A stretch of 62,979 nt of DNA. It comes from Eubacteriales bacterium. Its GTDB lineage: Bacteria; Bacillota; Clostridia; Oscillospirales; QAKW01. Below, piece after piece: positions 50,936 to 60,034 of this stretch (its first letter is position 1; the number at the start of each line of letters is the position of its first letter). The translations under genes and the position numbers were made by a program. The notes beneath the pieces were generated by a model that searched no databases, was not told the DNA's origin, and saw only the letters and a program-made list of their open reading frames with translations. The stretch lies in contig JAZQAE010000016.1 of NCBI GenBank assembly GCA_045544995.1, positions 1 through 62,979 of the forward strand, written 5' to 3'.

Positions 50936-51690
50936 TTTGACTGCTCCCATAAAAGAATGGATGCAGCTACTGCCGCATTTAGGGATTCATTTTCTCCCAG
51001 CATAGGGATGAAAACACCGTGATCACAAAGGGCGTTGATTTCAGCGGTGATGCCGTTCGCCTCATTGCCGATGATCATAAGGGTTGGAGAATCGAAGGAG
51101 AGATCCGGCAGTTCGCAGTAGTTGCGATCCAGTCCGGCGCCAATGATTCGGTATCCTTTTTCTTTTTGTTCAGTAATAAAAGAGGCAAGCGATCCTCTTT
51201 GAACAGCCACACGAAAAGCACTGCCCATGGCGGCTCGTAATACCTTGGGAGAATAAAGATCAACGCAACCCTCGCTCAAAAAGACCGCTTTGACGCCAAA
51301 AGCTTCTGCAGACCGCAGGATGGCGCCCAGGTTGGCGGGATCTGAAACGTGATCTAATGCCAAAATAAAGGGGAGCTCCCCTTTAAATATTGGTTTGGGT
51401 TGCCGAATGACCATAAAGATTCCGGGCACCGTATCCATGGTGCTTAATTTTTTTGCTACATGGTCGGCAATCAAGATAATCTTAGCGTTTAGACCATTGA
51501 GGACCGGTGATGCTTGTTCTCTTTCTGCCACCAAGCAACATTCAATTTCCAACCCGCTTCGTACAGCTTCTTCACATAATTTACGTCCCTCCACAAGGAA
51601 AAGACCGCTTTCTTTTCTTCCGGAAACTGAGTGAAGCCTGCAAAGGTTTTTGATATATTCGTTTTGTAAACTGGTAATGTGTTCTGTCAT
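50926..51690 (-). CDS. TrmH/SpoU-family RNA methyltransferase
   Basis: ITSLQN, FLVEG, DPANLGAILRSA, IGNEANG, IPM...ESLNAAVA. Confidence 0.93.
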   Translation of the reverse strand: MTEHITSLQNEYIKNLCRLHSVSGRKESGLFLVEGRKLCEEAVRSGLEIECCLVAEREQASPVLNGLNAKIILIADHVAKKLSTMDTVPGIFMVIRQPKPIFKGELPFILALDHVSDPANLGAILRSAEAFGVKAVFLSEGCVDLYSPKVLRAAMGSAFRVAVQRGSLASFITEQKEKGYRIIGAGLDRNYCELPDLSFDSPTLMIIGNEANGITAEINALCDHGVFIPMLGENESLNAAVAASILLWEQSKWR

Positions 51691-52343
51691 TGATTGATGA
51701 TTCTTTCGATATTTTCGTTTGTGCCGACGACGATCAGCTTGTTTTCAGCAATCAACGGCATTTTAGGGTCAGGGGAGATGCAGATGGAACCGTCTGCACT
51801 GCGGCAAGCGATGATGTTGATGTTGTAATTGACCCGTACGTTTAATTCCAGAATACTTTTTCCGGCCCATTCTTTAGGAACACGAATCTCCATAATAGAA
51901 TAGTCATCCGAAAGATCAATATACTCCATAATATCGGTATTGCTCAAACTCTTTGCCAAGCGCACGCCCATATCTTTCTCTGGATAGATCACTTTATCAG
52001 CACCCACTTTGGTGAGAATTCTGCCGTGAATTTCGCTGGTGCTTTCGGCAATTACGTTTTTCATGCCCATTTCTTTCAGCATCAAGGTTACCAAGACGCC
52101 GGATTGGATGTTCTCCGTTAAAGCGACAATGGCCACGTCTGTGTTGCGAACTCCGATTGTGCGCAAGACTTCTTCATCGGTAGGATCACCGATGGCAGCA
52201 TGGGTAATAACGTCAGAAATGCGCCGTACTTTTTCGGGATCTGAATCGATTCCGATGACTTCGTTGCCTAATTTTTGAAGATTGATTGCAAGATTAGAAC
52301 CAAAGCGATCTAAGCCGATCACGGCAAAAGTTTTATTTTTCAT
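51687..52343 (-). CDS. ktrA: KtrA/TrkA-family RCK potassium uptake regulatory subunit
   Basis: FAVIGLDRFG (Rossmann variant), GADKVIYPEKDMG, RCK_C domain. Confidence 0.9.
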   Translation of the reverse strand: MKNKTFAVIGLDRFGSNLAINLQKLGNEVIGIDSDPEKVRRISDVITHAAIGDPTDEEVLRTIGVRNTDVAIVALTENIQSGVLVTLMLKEMGMKNVIAESTSEIHGRILTKVGADKVIYPEKDMGVRLAKSLSNTDIMEYIDLSDDYSIMEIRVPKEWAGKSILELNVRVNYNINIIACRSADGSICISPDPKMPLIAENKLIVVGTNENIERIINQ

Positions 52344-52353
52344 GTTATATCTC

Positions 52354-53703
52354 CTAACCGATTAAAATGTTGGCTTTAGGATAAGAAATTTTATCTTTAC
52401 TACGATTGAGACGAATCATAATAGCCAGAGTGATGGTGAGAATTCCCAAGCGTCCCATAAACATTAATAAAATGATTATTAGCTGAGAAAGGGCCGACAT
52501 CGTTGCAATATTATAAGCGGCACATCCGACCGTTCCAAAGGCGGAAACACAGGTGAAAAAGATATCAATGATCTTTGCTTGTGGTGTTAGAATTCCCACT
52601 GCCAGCGTACTGATTAAAACAATACCGCATGCTATAAAGAAGAGGGAAAAGGCACGGTAAATGTCGTCTTGAGCAATCGTGCGATTGCGAAATTGAATTT
52701 TGTTTCTTCCGCCAGCGATTTGGAATGCGGTGATAATCAACACCAAAAACGTAACTGTTTTAATACCGCCTGCGGTAGAACCGGAGGATCCGCCAATAAA
52801 CATGAGCAAGGCGGAGATGATCTTAGATGGTTCTGAGAATAATGAAAAATCAAAGGTTGAAAATCCCACCGTACGCATGGTTACGGAGGAGAAGGCGGCA
52901 TTTAATAGTTTGCCTCCAAAATTTAGACTTCCAATGGTCTGCGGGTTATTCCATTCAAGAAGAAGGTATAAAACAGTTCCCGATAATAATAGTATTCCGG
53001 ACATGAGAAGAACCATTTTAGAATAAATGGAAAGCTTCCGATTCAGTAAATCCTTCCACACAATAAACCCAAGCCCACCGATGATCGTCAGAACCATGAG
53101 AATGATCAAGACGTATCCGTTCGTTTGTATGGAGGTCAAGCTATCGCCTTTTCCTAAAATATCAAAACCTGCATTACAAAAGGATGATATGGACATGAAG
53201 ATGGATTTCCAAAGCCCCCCAAAAAAACCATATTGTGGGATGAAGTAAAACGAAAGCAGCAGTGCACCCATTCCTTCAACCGCAAATGTTCCGCCAACGA
53301 TTAATCGTACAAAGGCAAGAATACCGCCGGCAGAGGAAAGGCCCAGGGAAGAGGAAAGCAACACTCTTTCACTGAAAGAAATTGCCTTTCTCAATGCCAT
53401 CATTAGAATCATGGTCAAACTCATGAAACCAAGTCCGCCAATTTGGATCATGGCCAAGATGACGATTTGACCAAAGAAGGTGAACATGGTGTAAGGGTCT
53501 CCCACCGTCAGACCGGTAACACAGGTTGCGCTGGTTGCTGTAAATAAAGCGGAGAGGGGAGAAAGCCATGTTCCATCTCGGTTAGAGATGGGGAGCATCA
53601 GTAAAAATGTGCCGATTAAAATAATAAAAAGGAAGCCGAAAATAACGGTAATCATGGGATTGTGGGAGATAAATTTAGAAAAAAGTTTCTCTTTCTTCAC
53701 CAT
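52354..53703 (-). CDS. ktrB: KtrB/TrkH-family potassium uptake membrane subunit
   Basis: Four pore motifs: SATCVTGL, SFCNAGF, RTVGF, SAFGTVG; also GSTAGGIK. Confidence 0.92.
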   Translation of the reverse strand: MVKKEKLFSKFISHNPMITVIFGFLFIILIGTFLLMLPISNRDGTWLSPLSALFTATSATCVTGLTVGDPYTMFTFFGQIVILAMIQIGGLGFMSLTMILMMALRKAISFSERVLLSSSLGLSSAGGILAFVRLIVGGTFAVEGMGALLLSFYFIPQYGFFGGLWKSIFMSISSFCNAGFDILGKGDSLTSIQTNGYVLIILMVLTIIGGLGFIVWKDLLNRKLSIYSKMVLLMSGILLLSGTVLYLLLEWNNPQTIGSLNFGGKLLNAAFSSVTMRTVGFSTFDFSLFSEPSKIISALLMFIGGSSGSTAGGIKTVTFLVLIITAFQIAGGRNKIQFRNRTIAQDDIYRAFSLFFIACGIVLISTLAVGILTPQAKIIDIFFTCVSAFGTVGCAAYNIATMSALSQLIIILLMFMGRLGILTITLAIMIRLNRSKDKISYPKANILIG

Positions 53704-53811
53704 GATAACCCTGCTTCCTTTCTAAAAAATACAAGTTCCTACATATATATAATACGAAACAATTATAATATATTTTCGTAAAATTGCAATACCCTTTTGA
53801 AAATTAAAGAA

Positions 53812-53841
53812 AAACAGAGTAGGAATAAACCTACTCTGTTT
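53812..53841 (-). terminator. rplT terminator
   Basis: AAACAGAGTAGG / CCTACTCTGTTT, T-run on the minus strand. Confidence 0.8.
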
Positions 53842-53847
53842 AGTCAA

Positions 53848-54207
53848 TTACTTGCTCAACTGCTTTTTAACAGTAGCAACCAGTGCGGTGAACGCCTCAG
53901 CATCAGACACAGCGATCTCAGCAAGCATCTTTCTGTTCAGATTGATCTTGCAGAGCTTCAAGCCGTGCATGAACTGAGAATAGTTGATGTCGTTCATCCG
54001 GCAAGCAGCGGAGATTCTGGTGATCCAGAGAGCACGGAAATCTCTCTTCTTCTGCTTTCTGCCGATGTAAGCGTTGGTCAAAGAACGCATAACTGCCTGG
54101 TTCGCAGTTCTGAACTGTTTGCTCTTGGCACCATAATAGCCCTTAGCAAGCTTTAAAATCTTTTTTCTTCTTTTGCGGGTAGTAACCGCACCTTTAATTC
54201 TAGCCAT
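53848..54207 (-). CDS. rplT: 50S ribosomal protein L20
   Basis: [32 protein letters not shown]. Confidence 0.99.
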   Translation of the reverse strand: MARIKGAVTTRKRRKKILKLAKGYYGAKSKQFRTANQAVMRSLTNAYIGRKQKKRDFRALWITRISAACRMNDINYSQFMHGLKLCKINLNRKMLAEIAVSDAEAFTALVATVKKQLSK

Positions 54208-54232
54208 TTATTTCAGCCTCCGTATCTTTAAA

Positions 54233-54430
54233 TTATTTGTAGGGGATCAGCTTCTTCAAAGAAGCGGCGTTGGTTGCATCAACGTAAGCTTCTTTACGCA
54301 GTCCTCTTTTACGCTTGGTGGTCTTCTTGTTCAGAATGTGAGATCTGAAAGCATGGCTTCTCTTGATCTTTCCACCTTTAGTGATCTTAAAACGCTTTTT
54401 TGCACCGCTATGGGTCTTTACCTTAGCCAT
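54233..54430 (-). CDS. rpmI: 50S ribosomal protein L35
   Basis: [13 protein letters not shown]. Confidence 0.98.
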   Translation of the reverse strand: MAKVKTHSGAKKRFKITKGGKIKRSHAFRSHILNKKTTKRKRGLRKEAYVDATNAASLKKLIPYK

Positions 54431-54443
54431 AATATTGCCTCCC

Positions 54444-54974
54444 TTATTTTTTTTCTTTCTTTGGCGCTAAAACCATGATCATATTACGCCCTTCCAACTT
54501 GGCGGGCTTTTCGATCACGCAGTTTTCTTCGGTCAGGGAACAGAAACGCTTTGCGATATCGTATCCCAACTCAGTGTGGGCCATTTCACGACCCTTGAAC
54601 TTGACAACGACCTTCACCTTATCGCCGGACTGCAAAAAGCGGTTGGCATGAGATGCTTTGGTCTGAATGTCGTGTGTGTCGATTTTTAAGGTCAACTGGA
54701 TCTCTTTGACCGTTACAATGTTCTGGTTCTTTTTAGCCTCTTTTTCTTTTTTAGCCTGCTCGTAGCAATATTTACCGAAATCGATAATCTTGCAAACAGG
54801 GGGCTGCGCCTTAGGCGCAATCATTACCAGATCAAGTCCTTTGCTCTCGGCGATCTTCATCGCCTCGGCAGGAGCCATGATACCAAGCTGACTTCCGTCT
54901 GAGTCTACGACCCGGATCTCTTTCTCTCGGATTGCCTCGTTGATACTTAATCCTTTTGCTTCTTTCGCGTTAAT
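54444..54974 (-). CDS. infC: Translation initiation factor IF-3 (AUU start)
   Basis: [28 protein letters not shown]; in-frame ATT at 54974 just after a GGAGGTG RBS. Confidence 0.97.
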   Translation of the reverse strand: MNAKEAKGLSINEAIREKEIRVVDSDGSQLGIMAPAEAMKIAESKGLDLVMIAPKAQPPVCKIIDFGKYCYEQAKKEKEAKKNQNIVTVKEIQLTLKIDTHDIQTKASHANRFLQSGDKVKVVVKFKGREMAHTELGYDIAKRFCSLTEENCVIEKPAKLEGRNMIMVLAPKKEKK

Positions 54975-54990
54975 GTTTCCACACCTCCGA

Positions 54991-55125
54991 AAAATAATAA
55001 AAACGAGCAAAATAATTGCTCGTTTCACAACATAATAAAACCGATGATGATCGGTCTTGAGATGTTAACCGCTGCTGTTATAATGAACGCAGGGTGAGAA
55101 CAGAGCAAACTATTCTACTTCTTTT
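54991..55125 (-). promoter_or_regulatory. L20 ribosomal protein leader with attenuator
   Basis: AAGTAGAA...TTCTCACC motif upstream of infC-rpmI-rplT; hairpin 55001-55025 plus U-run; promoter TTGACT-17-TAATCT at 55163..55135. Confidence 0.7.
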
Positions 55126-55202
55126 TGCTCATATAGATTACCATACCCTGGGATGAAAGTCAACACTTTTTTGCAAAAACTTTTATTTTTTCAAAAAAAG
55201 TC

Positions 55203-55231
55203 TTTACAAATGAAAAAGAGTTGTGTATAAT
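55203..55231 (+). promoter_or_regulatory. sigmaA promoter of the tRNA pair
   Basis: TTTACA-17-TATAAT with an A-rich UP region. Confidence 0.75.
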
Positions 55232-55262
55232 AGTAGAGCGCTTTTGAAGAAAAAGCAAAATT

Positions 55263-55339
55263 GGCCTGGTAGTTCAGTTGGTTAGAACGCTAGCCTGTCA
55301 CGCTAGAGGTCGTGGGTTCGAGCCCCATCCAGGTCGCCA
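55263..55339 (+). tRNA. tRNA-Asp (GTC)
   Basis: Cloverleaf, CTAGC-CT-GTC-AC-GCTAG, GGTTCGA, encoded CCA. Confidence 0.98.
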
Positions 55340-55342
55340 TAT

Positions 55343-55418
55343 GCTGCTATAGCTCAGGTGGTAGAGTGCATCCTTGGTAAGGATGAGGTCACCAGTTCAA
55401 ATCTGGTTAGCAGCTCCA
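55343..55418 (+). tRNA. tRNA-Thr (GGT)
   Basis: CATCC-TT-GGT-AA-GGATG, AGTTCAA, encoded CCA. Confidence 0.98.
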
Positions 55419-55424
55419 AAAAAA

Positions 55425-55453
55425 TCCAAGGACATTATGTCCTTGGAATTTTT
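55425..55453 (+). terminator. Hairpin after tRNAs
   Basis: TCCAAGGACAT-T-ATGTCCTTGGA followed by ATTTTT. Confidence 0.6.
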
Positions 55454-55580
55454 AGCGGTTACTTTTTGATAAAAAGTAGTTGATATCAAATAATGCAATC
55501 TTCTTAAAATATCATTTAGACGGATACGAGGAAGATTGTTTTTATGTATAATGTATAAGTTAATTAATTGGTGATTCACA

Positions 55581-56984
55581 ATGGAAAAATTAGTTGATTC
55601 TTTAAATGGTTTTCTTGGATTTGCATATGATAATATTCTGAGCATTGCCATGATGTTTCTTTTGATTGTAACAGGTGTCTTTTTATCTATCAAGACCGGT
55701 TTCTTTCAATTTAGAAAGTTTGGTTATGTTTTAAAAAATACATTAGGGATGATGTTTAATAAAAAATTACATCATCGAGATGTAGGCAGTGTAAGTCCAT
55801 TTCAAGCGGTTACCACTGCGCTTGCGGGAACTATAGGCACAGGAAGTATTGCTGGTGTTGCAACCGCATTGGTGCTTGGAGGGCCGGGCGCTGTATTTTG
55901 GATGTGGATAAGCGCTCTTTTCGGTATGGTAACAAAATATTCTGAAATTGTTCTTGCCATTAAATTTAGAGAGAAGGACAAGCGTGGAGCCTTCATAGGC
56001 GGTCCTATGTACTATATTAAAAACGGTTTGGGCATTAAGTGGCTTGCACTCTTGTTTGCTGTGTTTGCGATGATTGCTTGCATAGGCACGGGAAATGCTA
56101 CACAATCAAATTCAATTTCAGGTGTTATTAATTCGAATTTTAATATTGCACCATGGATAACCGGAGTAGTTCTTACAGTAATTGTAGGATTCGTTATTAT
56201 TGGTGGTGTAAAAAGAATTGCTACGGTAAATGAAAAATTAGTACCTGTAATGGCAGTTTTCTTTATACTTGCTTCGGTTATTGCTCTTGTATTTAATACA
56301 AATAAGATTCCAACTGCATTTGCACTCATATTTAATGAGGCGTTTAATTTCAAATCTGCGTTTGGAGGAGTTGCAGGATATAGTATACTTTCTGCGATGC
56401 GCTATGGTGTTGGCAGAGGCGTTTTTTCAAACGAGGCGGGTCTCGGTAGCGCACCTATTGCTCACTCTGCATCAAGCACAGAAGATCCCGTTAAGCAGGG
56501 ACTTTGGGGCGTATTTGAGGTGTTTATTACAACTATAATTATTTGTACGATGTCTGCTATAGTTGTTCTTACGTCTAATGTTTATTTGGCAGCTTATGAT
56601 TCCGGAGTTCTTCCTTCCGTGAGTGGAGCCGCTCTCAGTAGTGCTGCATTTGATGAGGCTATACCTTACATAGGCGGAATGGGAATTGCGGTTTCAACAG
56701 TTTTCTTTGCTCTTTCAACAATACTTGGTTGGGCATACTACGGAGAAGTGAGTGTCGGATACATCTTCAAAAATCATTCAAGAATAGCTATTGGTATTTA
56801 CAGAATTATATATGTTGCCTTTGTATTCGTTGGGGCAGTCGCGGAGATAAATACAGTATGGCTTGTGGCTGACTGTTTTAATGCCCTCATGGCAGTACCT
56901 AACCTTATAGCGCTTATTGGTCTTTCGGGACTTGTAGTCAAGATTACTCGTGAGCATTTTTCGCAAAATCATATTCAAAAATAA
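55581..56984 (+). CDS. Alanine/glycine:cation symporter (AGCS/AlsT family)
   Basis: SPFQA, LAGTIGTG, GGPGAVFWMW, GGPMYYI, RGVFSNEAGLGSAP, LMAVPNL. Confidence 0.95.
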   Translation: MEKLVDSLNGFLGFAYDNILSIAMMFLLIVTGVFLSIKTGFFQFRKFGYVLKNTLGMMFNKKLHHRDVGSVSPFQAVTTALAGTIGTGSIAGVATALVLGGPGAVFWMWISALFGMVTKYSEIVLAIKFREKDKRGAFIGGPMYYIKNGLGIKWLALLFAVFAMIACIGTGNATQSNSISGVINSNFNIAPWITGVVLTVIVGFVIIGGVKRIATVNEKLVPVMAVFFILASVIALVFNTNKIPTAFALIFNEAFNFKSAFGGVAGYSILSAMRYGVGRGVFSNEAGLGSAPIAHSASSTEDPVKQGLWGVFEVFITTIIICTMSAIVVLTSNVYLAAYDSGVLPSVSGAALSSAAFDEAIPYIGGMGIAVSTVFFALSTILGWAYYGEVSVGYIFKNHSRIAIGIYRIIYVAFVFVGAVAEINTVWLVADCFNALMAVPNLIALIGLSGLVVKITREHFSQNHIQK

Positions 56985-57026
56985 TTTTCAGGCACATTGA
57001 ATTCGTGCCACTAAGTTCAAACTATC

Positions 57027-57066
57027 CAAAAACAAAAGGACTACTTCGGTAGTCCTTTTGTTTTTG
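57027..57066. terminator. Long perfect-stem terminator with UUCG loop
   Basis: CAAAAACAAAAGGACTAC-TTCG-GTAGTCCTTTTGTTTTTG. Confidence 0.85.
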
Positions 57067-57108
57067 TGTTTGTGTCTGCGACGCAAATACACGCTTTCGC
57101 GCGAGATG

Positions 57109-57137
57109 TTGCACTTCGTAAAAATGTGTGTTATAAT
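57109..57137 (+). promoter_or_regulatory. sigmaA promoter
   Basis: TTGCAC-17-TATAAT with TG extension. Confidence 0.65.
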
Positions 57138-57161
57138 ACAACTTAAAAAAAGGGGGATACC

Positions 57162-57932
57162 GTGAAAACGTTTTGCTTTACGGTTGATGATAACATCCGC
57201 TTTTTGAAGGAAATAACCGAAAATAACTACAGAAGTATTTTTGAGCATCCGTATCTTGCCATGTATAAGCAGCTACATGATAGATTTGGTTTAAAGGTTC
57301 AACTGAATTTGTTCTACAGAACGGATGGATTTGACCTTTCTCAAATGAGTTCCGCTTATCGTGATGAATGGAAAGAAAATGCCGATTGGTTAAAGCTTTC
57401 TTTTCATTCGGAAATTGAGAACAAAAGACCGTATGAGTTTTCCGGATATGATGAGGTTTACGCCGACTGCAAAGCAGTAAATGAACAGATTATACGTTTT
57501 GCCTCGTCCGAGTCATTGGCCAAGACAACCACGATCCATTGTTGCTCTGTAACTGCAGAAGGGTTAAAAGCGCTGGAGGATCATTGCATTAGGGGGTTGC
57601 TGGGGCTTTTTGGCAGTAGCGAAACGCCGAGAACGTCGTATAGCTTGGATGAAACTGATGCTGCGAGGCTTAGAGCTGGCGATGTTGTTAAAAGAAATAA
57701 TATCAATTTTGCATCGATCGATATCATATTAAATTTATTTTCAAAAGAAGAAATCTTAACTCGTTTAGAGACTTTGCAGGATCGGAACGGTATCCGTGTC
57801 ATGATCCACGAACAATTTTTCTATCCGGATTATAAAAGGTATCAATCGGATTTTGAAGAAAAACTCGAAGCAACATTTTTATTTTTGTATCAAAAGGGCT
57901 ATAAAAGCCACTTCTTTGAAGAATTAATTTAA
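57162..57932 (+). CDS. Hypothetical protein, possible NodB/CE4-like deacetylase fold
   Basis: GTG after GGGGG; FTVDD, SFHS and MIHEQ resemble CE4-like motifs; function uncertain. Confidence 0.55.
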   Translation: MKTFCFTVDDNIRFLKEITENNYRSIFEHPYLAMYKQLHDRFGLKVQLNLFYRTDGFDLSQMSSAYRDEWKENADWLKLSFHSEIENKRPYEFSGYDEVYADCKAVNEQIIRFASSESLAKTTTIHCCSVTAEGLKALEDHCIRGLLGLFGSSETPRTSYSLDETDAARLRAGDVVKRNNINFASIDIILNLFSKEEILTRLETLQDRNGIRVMIHEQFFYPDYKRYQSDFEEKLEATFLFLYQKGYKSHFFEELI

Positions 57933-57949
57933 AAAAGGAGAACAGAACT

Positions 57950-58852
57950 ATGAAATTGGGTACATATACATTTTCTCATGGAAAAAATGATCACCGATCA
58001 GTTGAAGAGAAGATCGATTTAATCCAAAAAAACGGCTTTGATTTTGTGGCGCTTGATTATTCTAATTTGGAAGACGGCGTTCGCCATTGTCAAAGAATCG
58101 GTTTTCCGGTGGAAAATGTCCATCTTGCTTGCAGAGGCACCAGCAAAATTTGGTTAAAGGACGATAGTGGGGACGAAATCGTTGAAGGCTACTGTGATCA
58201 GATCAAGAATTGCGCTGAACATGGAGTTATGACCGGAATTGCCCATGTTACCTATGGCGCCGATATTCTGCCTCCTTCCGAAATCGGATATAAACGTTAC
58301 GAAAAAATCGTTAATTGCGCTCAAAAATATAACTTTAACCTTTGCGTGGAAAATTCCAGGGCGTCCGAACACCTCCCCTTTGTGATGGACTCTTTCAAAG
58401 GTTCTAACGTAAAATATTGTTACGATAGCGGCCATGATCTCGGCATGGGCTACGGCACGGAATTTCTTTATGATTATTTGCCCCGCTACGGGGATCGTCT
58501 GGGGGCCGTTCACATCCACGATTCCATCAAAGGCTTTGATTTGCACGTAATTCCGTTTGATGGAGCAATCAACTGGGATTTAATCACAAAGCAATTGGCG
58601 AAGACAGAATACGCCAAACAAAAACTTTGTGCAGAACCGGGCGGACTGATCCACGCCATCAAAGAGGGAAAGACGGCCGAAGAACTGCGTGCCACTTATG
58701 CCGATATGGCAATAGCAAACGATGAAAGCTTGGTACGTTTCTATGATGGCTACTATACTGCTTATGAAGACTTGACTGTAGAAGAGTATTTAGAGCGCTA
58801 CTTAAAGGCATTGAAAAAACTGGCCGCAATGATCGAATCGGCAAATAAATAA
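57950..58852 (+). CDS. Sugar phosphate isomerase/epimerase (AP endonuclease 2-type TIM barrel)
   Basis: LCVEN, CYDSGH, VHIHD, H..PFDGAINW metal motifs. Confidence 0.85.
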   Translation: MKLGTYTFSHGKNDHRSVEEKIDLIQKNGFDFVALDYSNLEDGVRHCQRIGFPVENVHLACRGTSKIWLKDDSGDEIVEGYCDQIKNCAEHGVMTGIAHVTYGADILPPSEIGYKRYEKIVNCAQKYNFNLCVENSRASEHLPFVMDSFKGSNVKYCYDSGHDLGMGYGTEFLYDYLPRYGDRLGAVHIHDSIKGFDLHVIPFDGAINWDLITKQLAKTEYAKQKLCAEPGGLIHAIKEGKTAEELRATYADMAIANDESLVRFYDGYYTAYEDLTVEEYLERYLKALKKLAAMIESANK

Positions 58853-58894
58853 CAAAAAAACAATCATAATAAGATAAGAAAGGAGTGTCTTATT

Positions 58895-59329
58895 ATGATT
58901 GAACAAGATACCATTAAGCTATTACGTGAATGTGACGCCGGTATTAAAATGGGAGTATCCTCTATTGAAGATGTTCTTCCGTACGTTCGCTCTGATAAAC
59001 TGGAAACGGTTCTGACGGACTGTAAGGATGAGCACGCAAAATTGGATCGGGAACTCCAGGAATTACTCGACAAATACAAGGATGACGGAAAAGAACCCAA
59101 TCCCATGGCGAAAGGAATGTCCTGGATCAAAACGAACGTGAAATTAGCGGCAGATGAATCGGATCACACGATCGCAGATCTGATGACAGACGGTTGTAAT
59201 ATGGGCGTAAAGTCTTTAAATCGTTATCTGAACCAATATGAAGCTGCCGATGAAGTATCGAAAGATATTTGTAAGCGGCTGATCAATCTGGAAGAAAAAC
59301 TGACGATTCAAATGCGACAGTTTTTATGA
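58895..59329 (+). CDS. Conserved hypothetical ferritin-like four-helix protein
   Basis: Strong AAGGAGTG RBS; twofold G.KMGV.S / GCNMGVKS helical repeat. Confidence 0.65.
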   Translation: MIEQDTIKLLRECDAGIKMGVSSIEDVLPYVRSDKLETVLTDCKDEHAKLDRELQELLDKYKDDGKEPNPMAKGMSWIKTNVKLAADESDHTIADLMTDGCNMGVKSLNRYLNQYEAADEVSKDICKRLINLEEKLTIQMRQFL

Positions 59330-59332
59330 TTT

Positions 59333-59363
59333 AAAAAACCTCTGCGTTGTGCAGAGGTTTTTT
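59333..59363. terminator. Bidirectional terminator
   Basis: AAAAAACCTCTGC / GCAGAGGTTTTTT. Confidence 0.85.
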
Positions 59364-59371
59364 AGTTATTG

Positions 59372-59716
59372 TTATAAGAAAATGCAAAGCAAGATACCGC
59401 AAACAAAGCATATTCCGGCTACAGCGAGTTTTGCAACGCTTAATTTGGGAGGATGCTTTCTCCAGCGTTTTTCAACCTCGTAGGTATCTTTTTCCATCGC
59501 TTTGAGAATATCCAATTCTTTATAACAGTAGATGGCACTACCAACTAAATATAACGCATATAAAAAGAAGATGGGCATTACCGTAAAGAGGGCAAGTGTA
59601 CCGCTGGATACAAAAAGAGAAATGTAGGAGAACACCAGTACCCAGCAAACTGCAACAATGGGAACGAAAGTATCCGATAATTCAATTTTAGACATTTTAT
59701 AAGTCTTTTTAGCCAT
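59372..59716 (-). CDS. Hypothetical small membrane protein (3 TM)
   Basis: GGAG RBS, three hydrophobic segments. Confidence 0.7.
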   Translation of the reverse strand: MAKKTYKMSKIELSDTFVPIVAVCWVLVFSYISLFVSSGTLALFTVMPIFFLYALYLVGSAIYCYKELDILKAMEKDTYEVEKRWRKHPPKLSVAKLAVAGICFVCGILLCIFL

Positions 59717-59788
59717 AAGTATTCCTCCAAATAAACATTGTAAACATTATAGCATAAAATGATGAAAAAGTGTGAACAATTTTAAAAT

Positions 59789-59817
59789 AATAAAGAGCCC
59801 TGTAGGGGCTCTTTATT
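59789..59817 (-). terminator. Intrinsic terminator
   Basis: AATAAAGAGCCC / GGGCTCTTTATT. Confidence 0.75.
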
Positions 59818-59969
59818 TAAAGCTTTAAATCTTCGCTCCAACCGCGCGTGATTTTGACGTCATCATCTTGTGGAATTGTAACTTTGCCCTCTTTTGTTTT
59901 GTGATCCGGCTGAAGCATGGGCAAGGTACAATAATAGGGGATCACGTCGTTCTTTTTATTGGGTTCCAT
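59817..59969 (-). CDS. Small protein, DUF3787-like (clostridial spore-associated)
   Basis: GGAGG RBS; VTIPQDDDVKITRGWSEDLKL resembles the V-x-I-P...W-x-E/D C-terminus of that family. Confidence 0.55.
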   Translation of the reverse strand: MEPNKKNDVIPYYCTLPMLQPDHKTKEGKVTIPQDDDVKITRGWSEDLKL

Positions 59970-60034
59970 GAAAGTTCCTCCCACTATAAGTGTGGGCAAA
60001 GAATCAAATGAAATACTATGAAAAAATTACCGTT

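Noticed and set aside
53704-53800. c-di-AMP riboswitch upstream of ktrB
   Set aside because: Leader is too short and lacks the ydaO motif; only a plain sigmaA-like promoter is visible.
55450-55580. Glycine riboswitch or T-box upstream of the AGCS symporter
   Set aside because: No aptamer or T-box consensus visible; region is short and AT-rich.
57005-57028. CACTAAGTTCAAA as an attR remnant of tRNA-Thr (CACCAGTTCAAA)
   Set aside because: Match is too short and does not extend to the tRNA 3' end.
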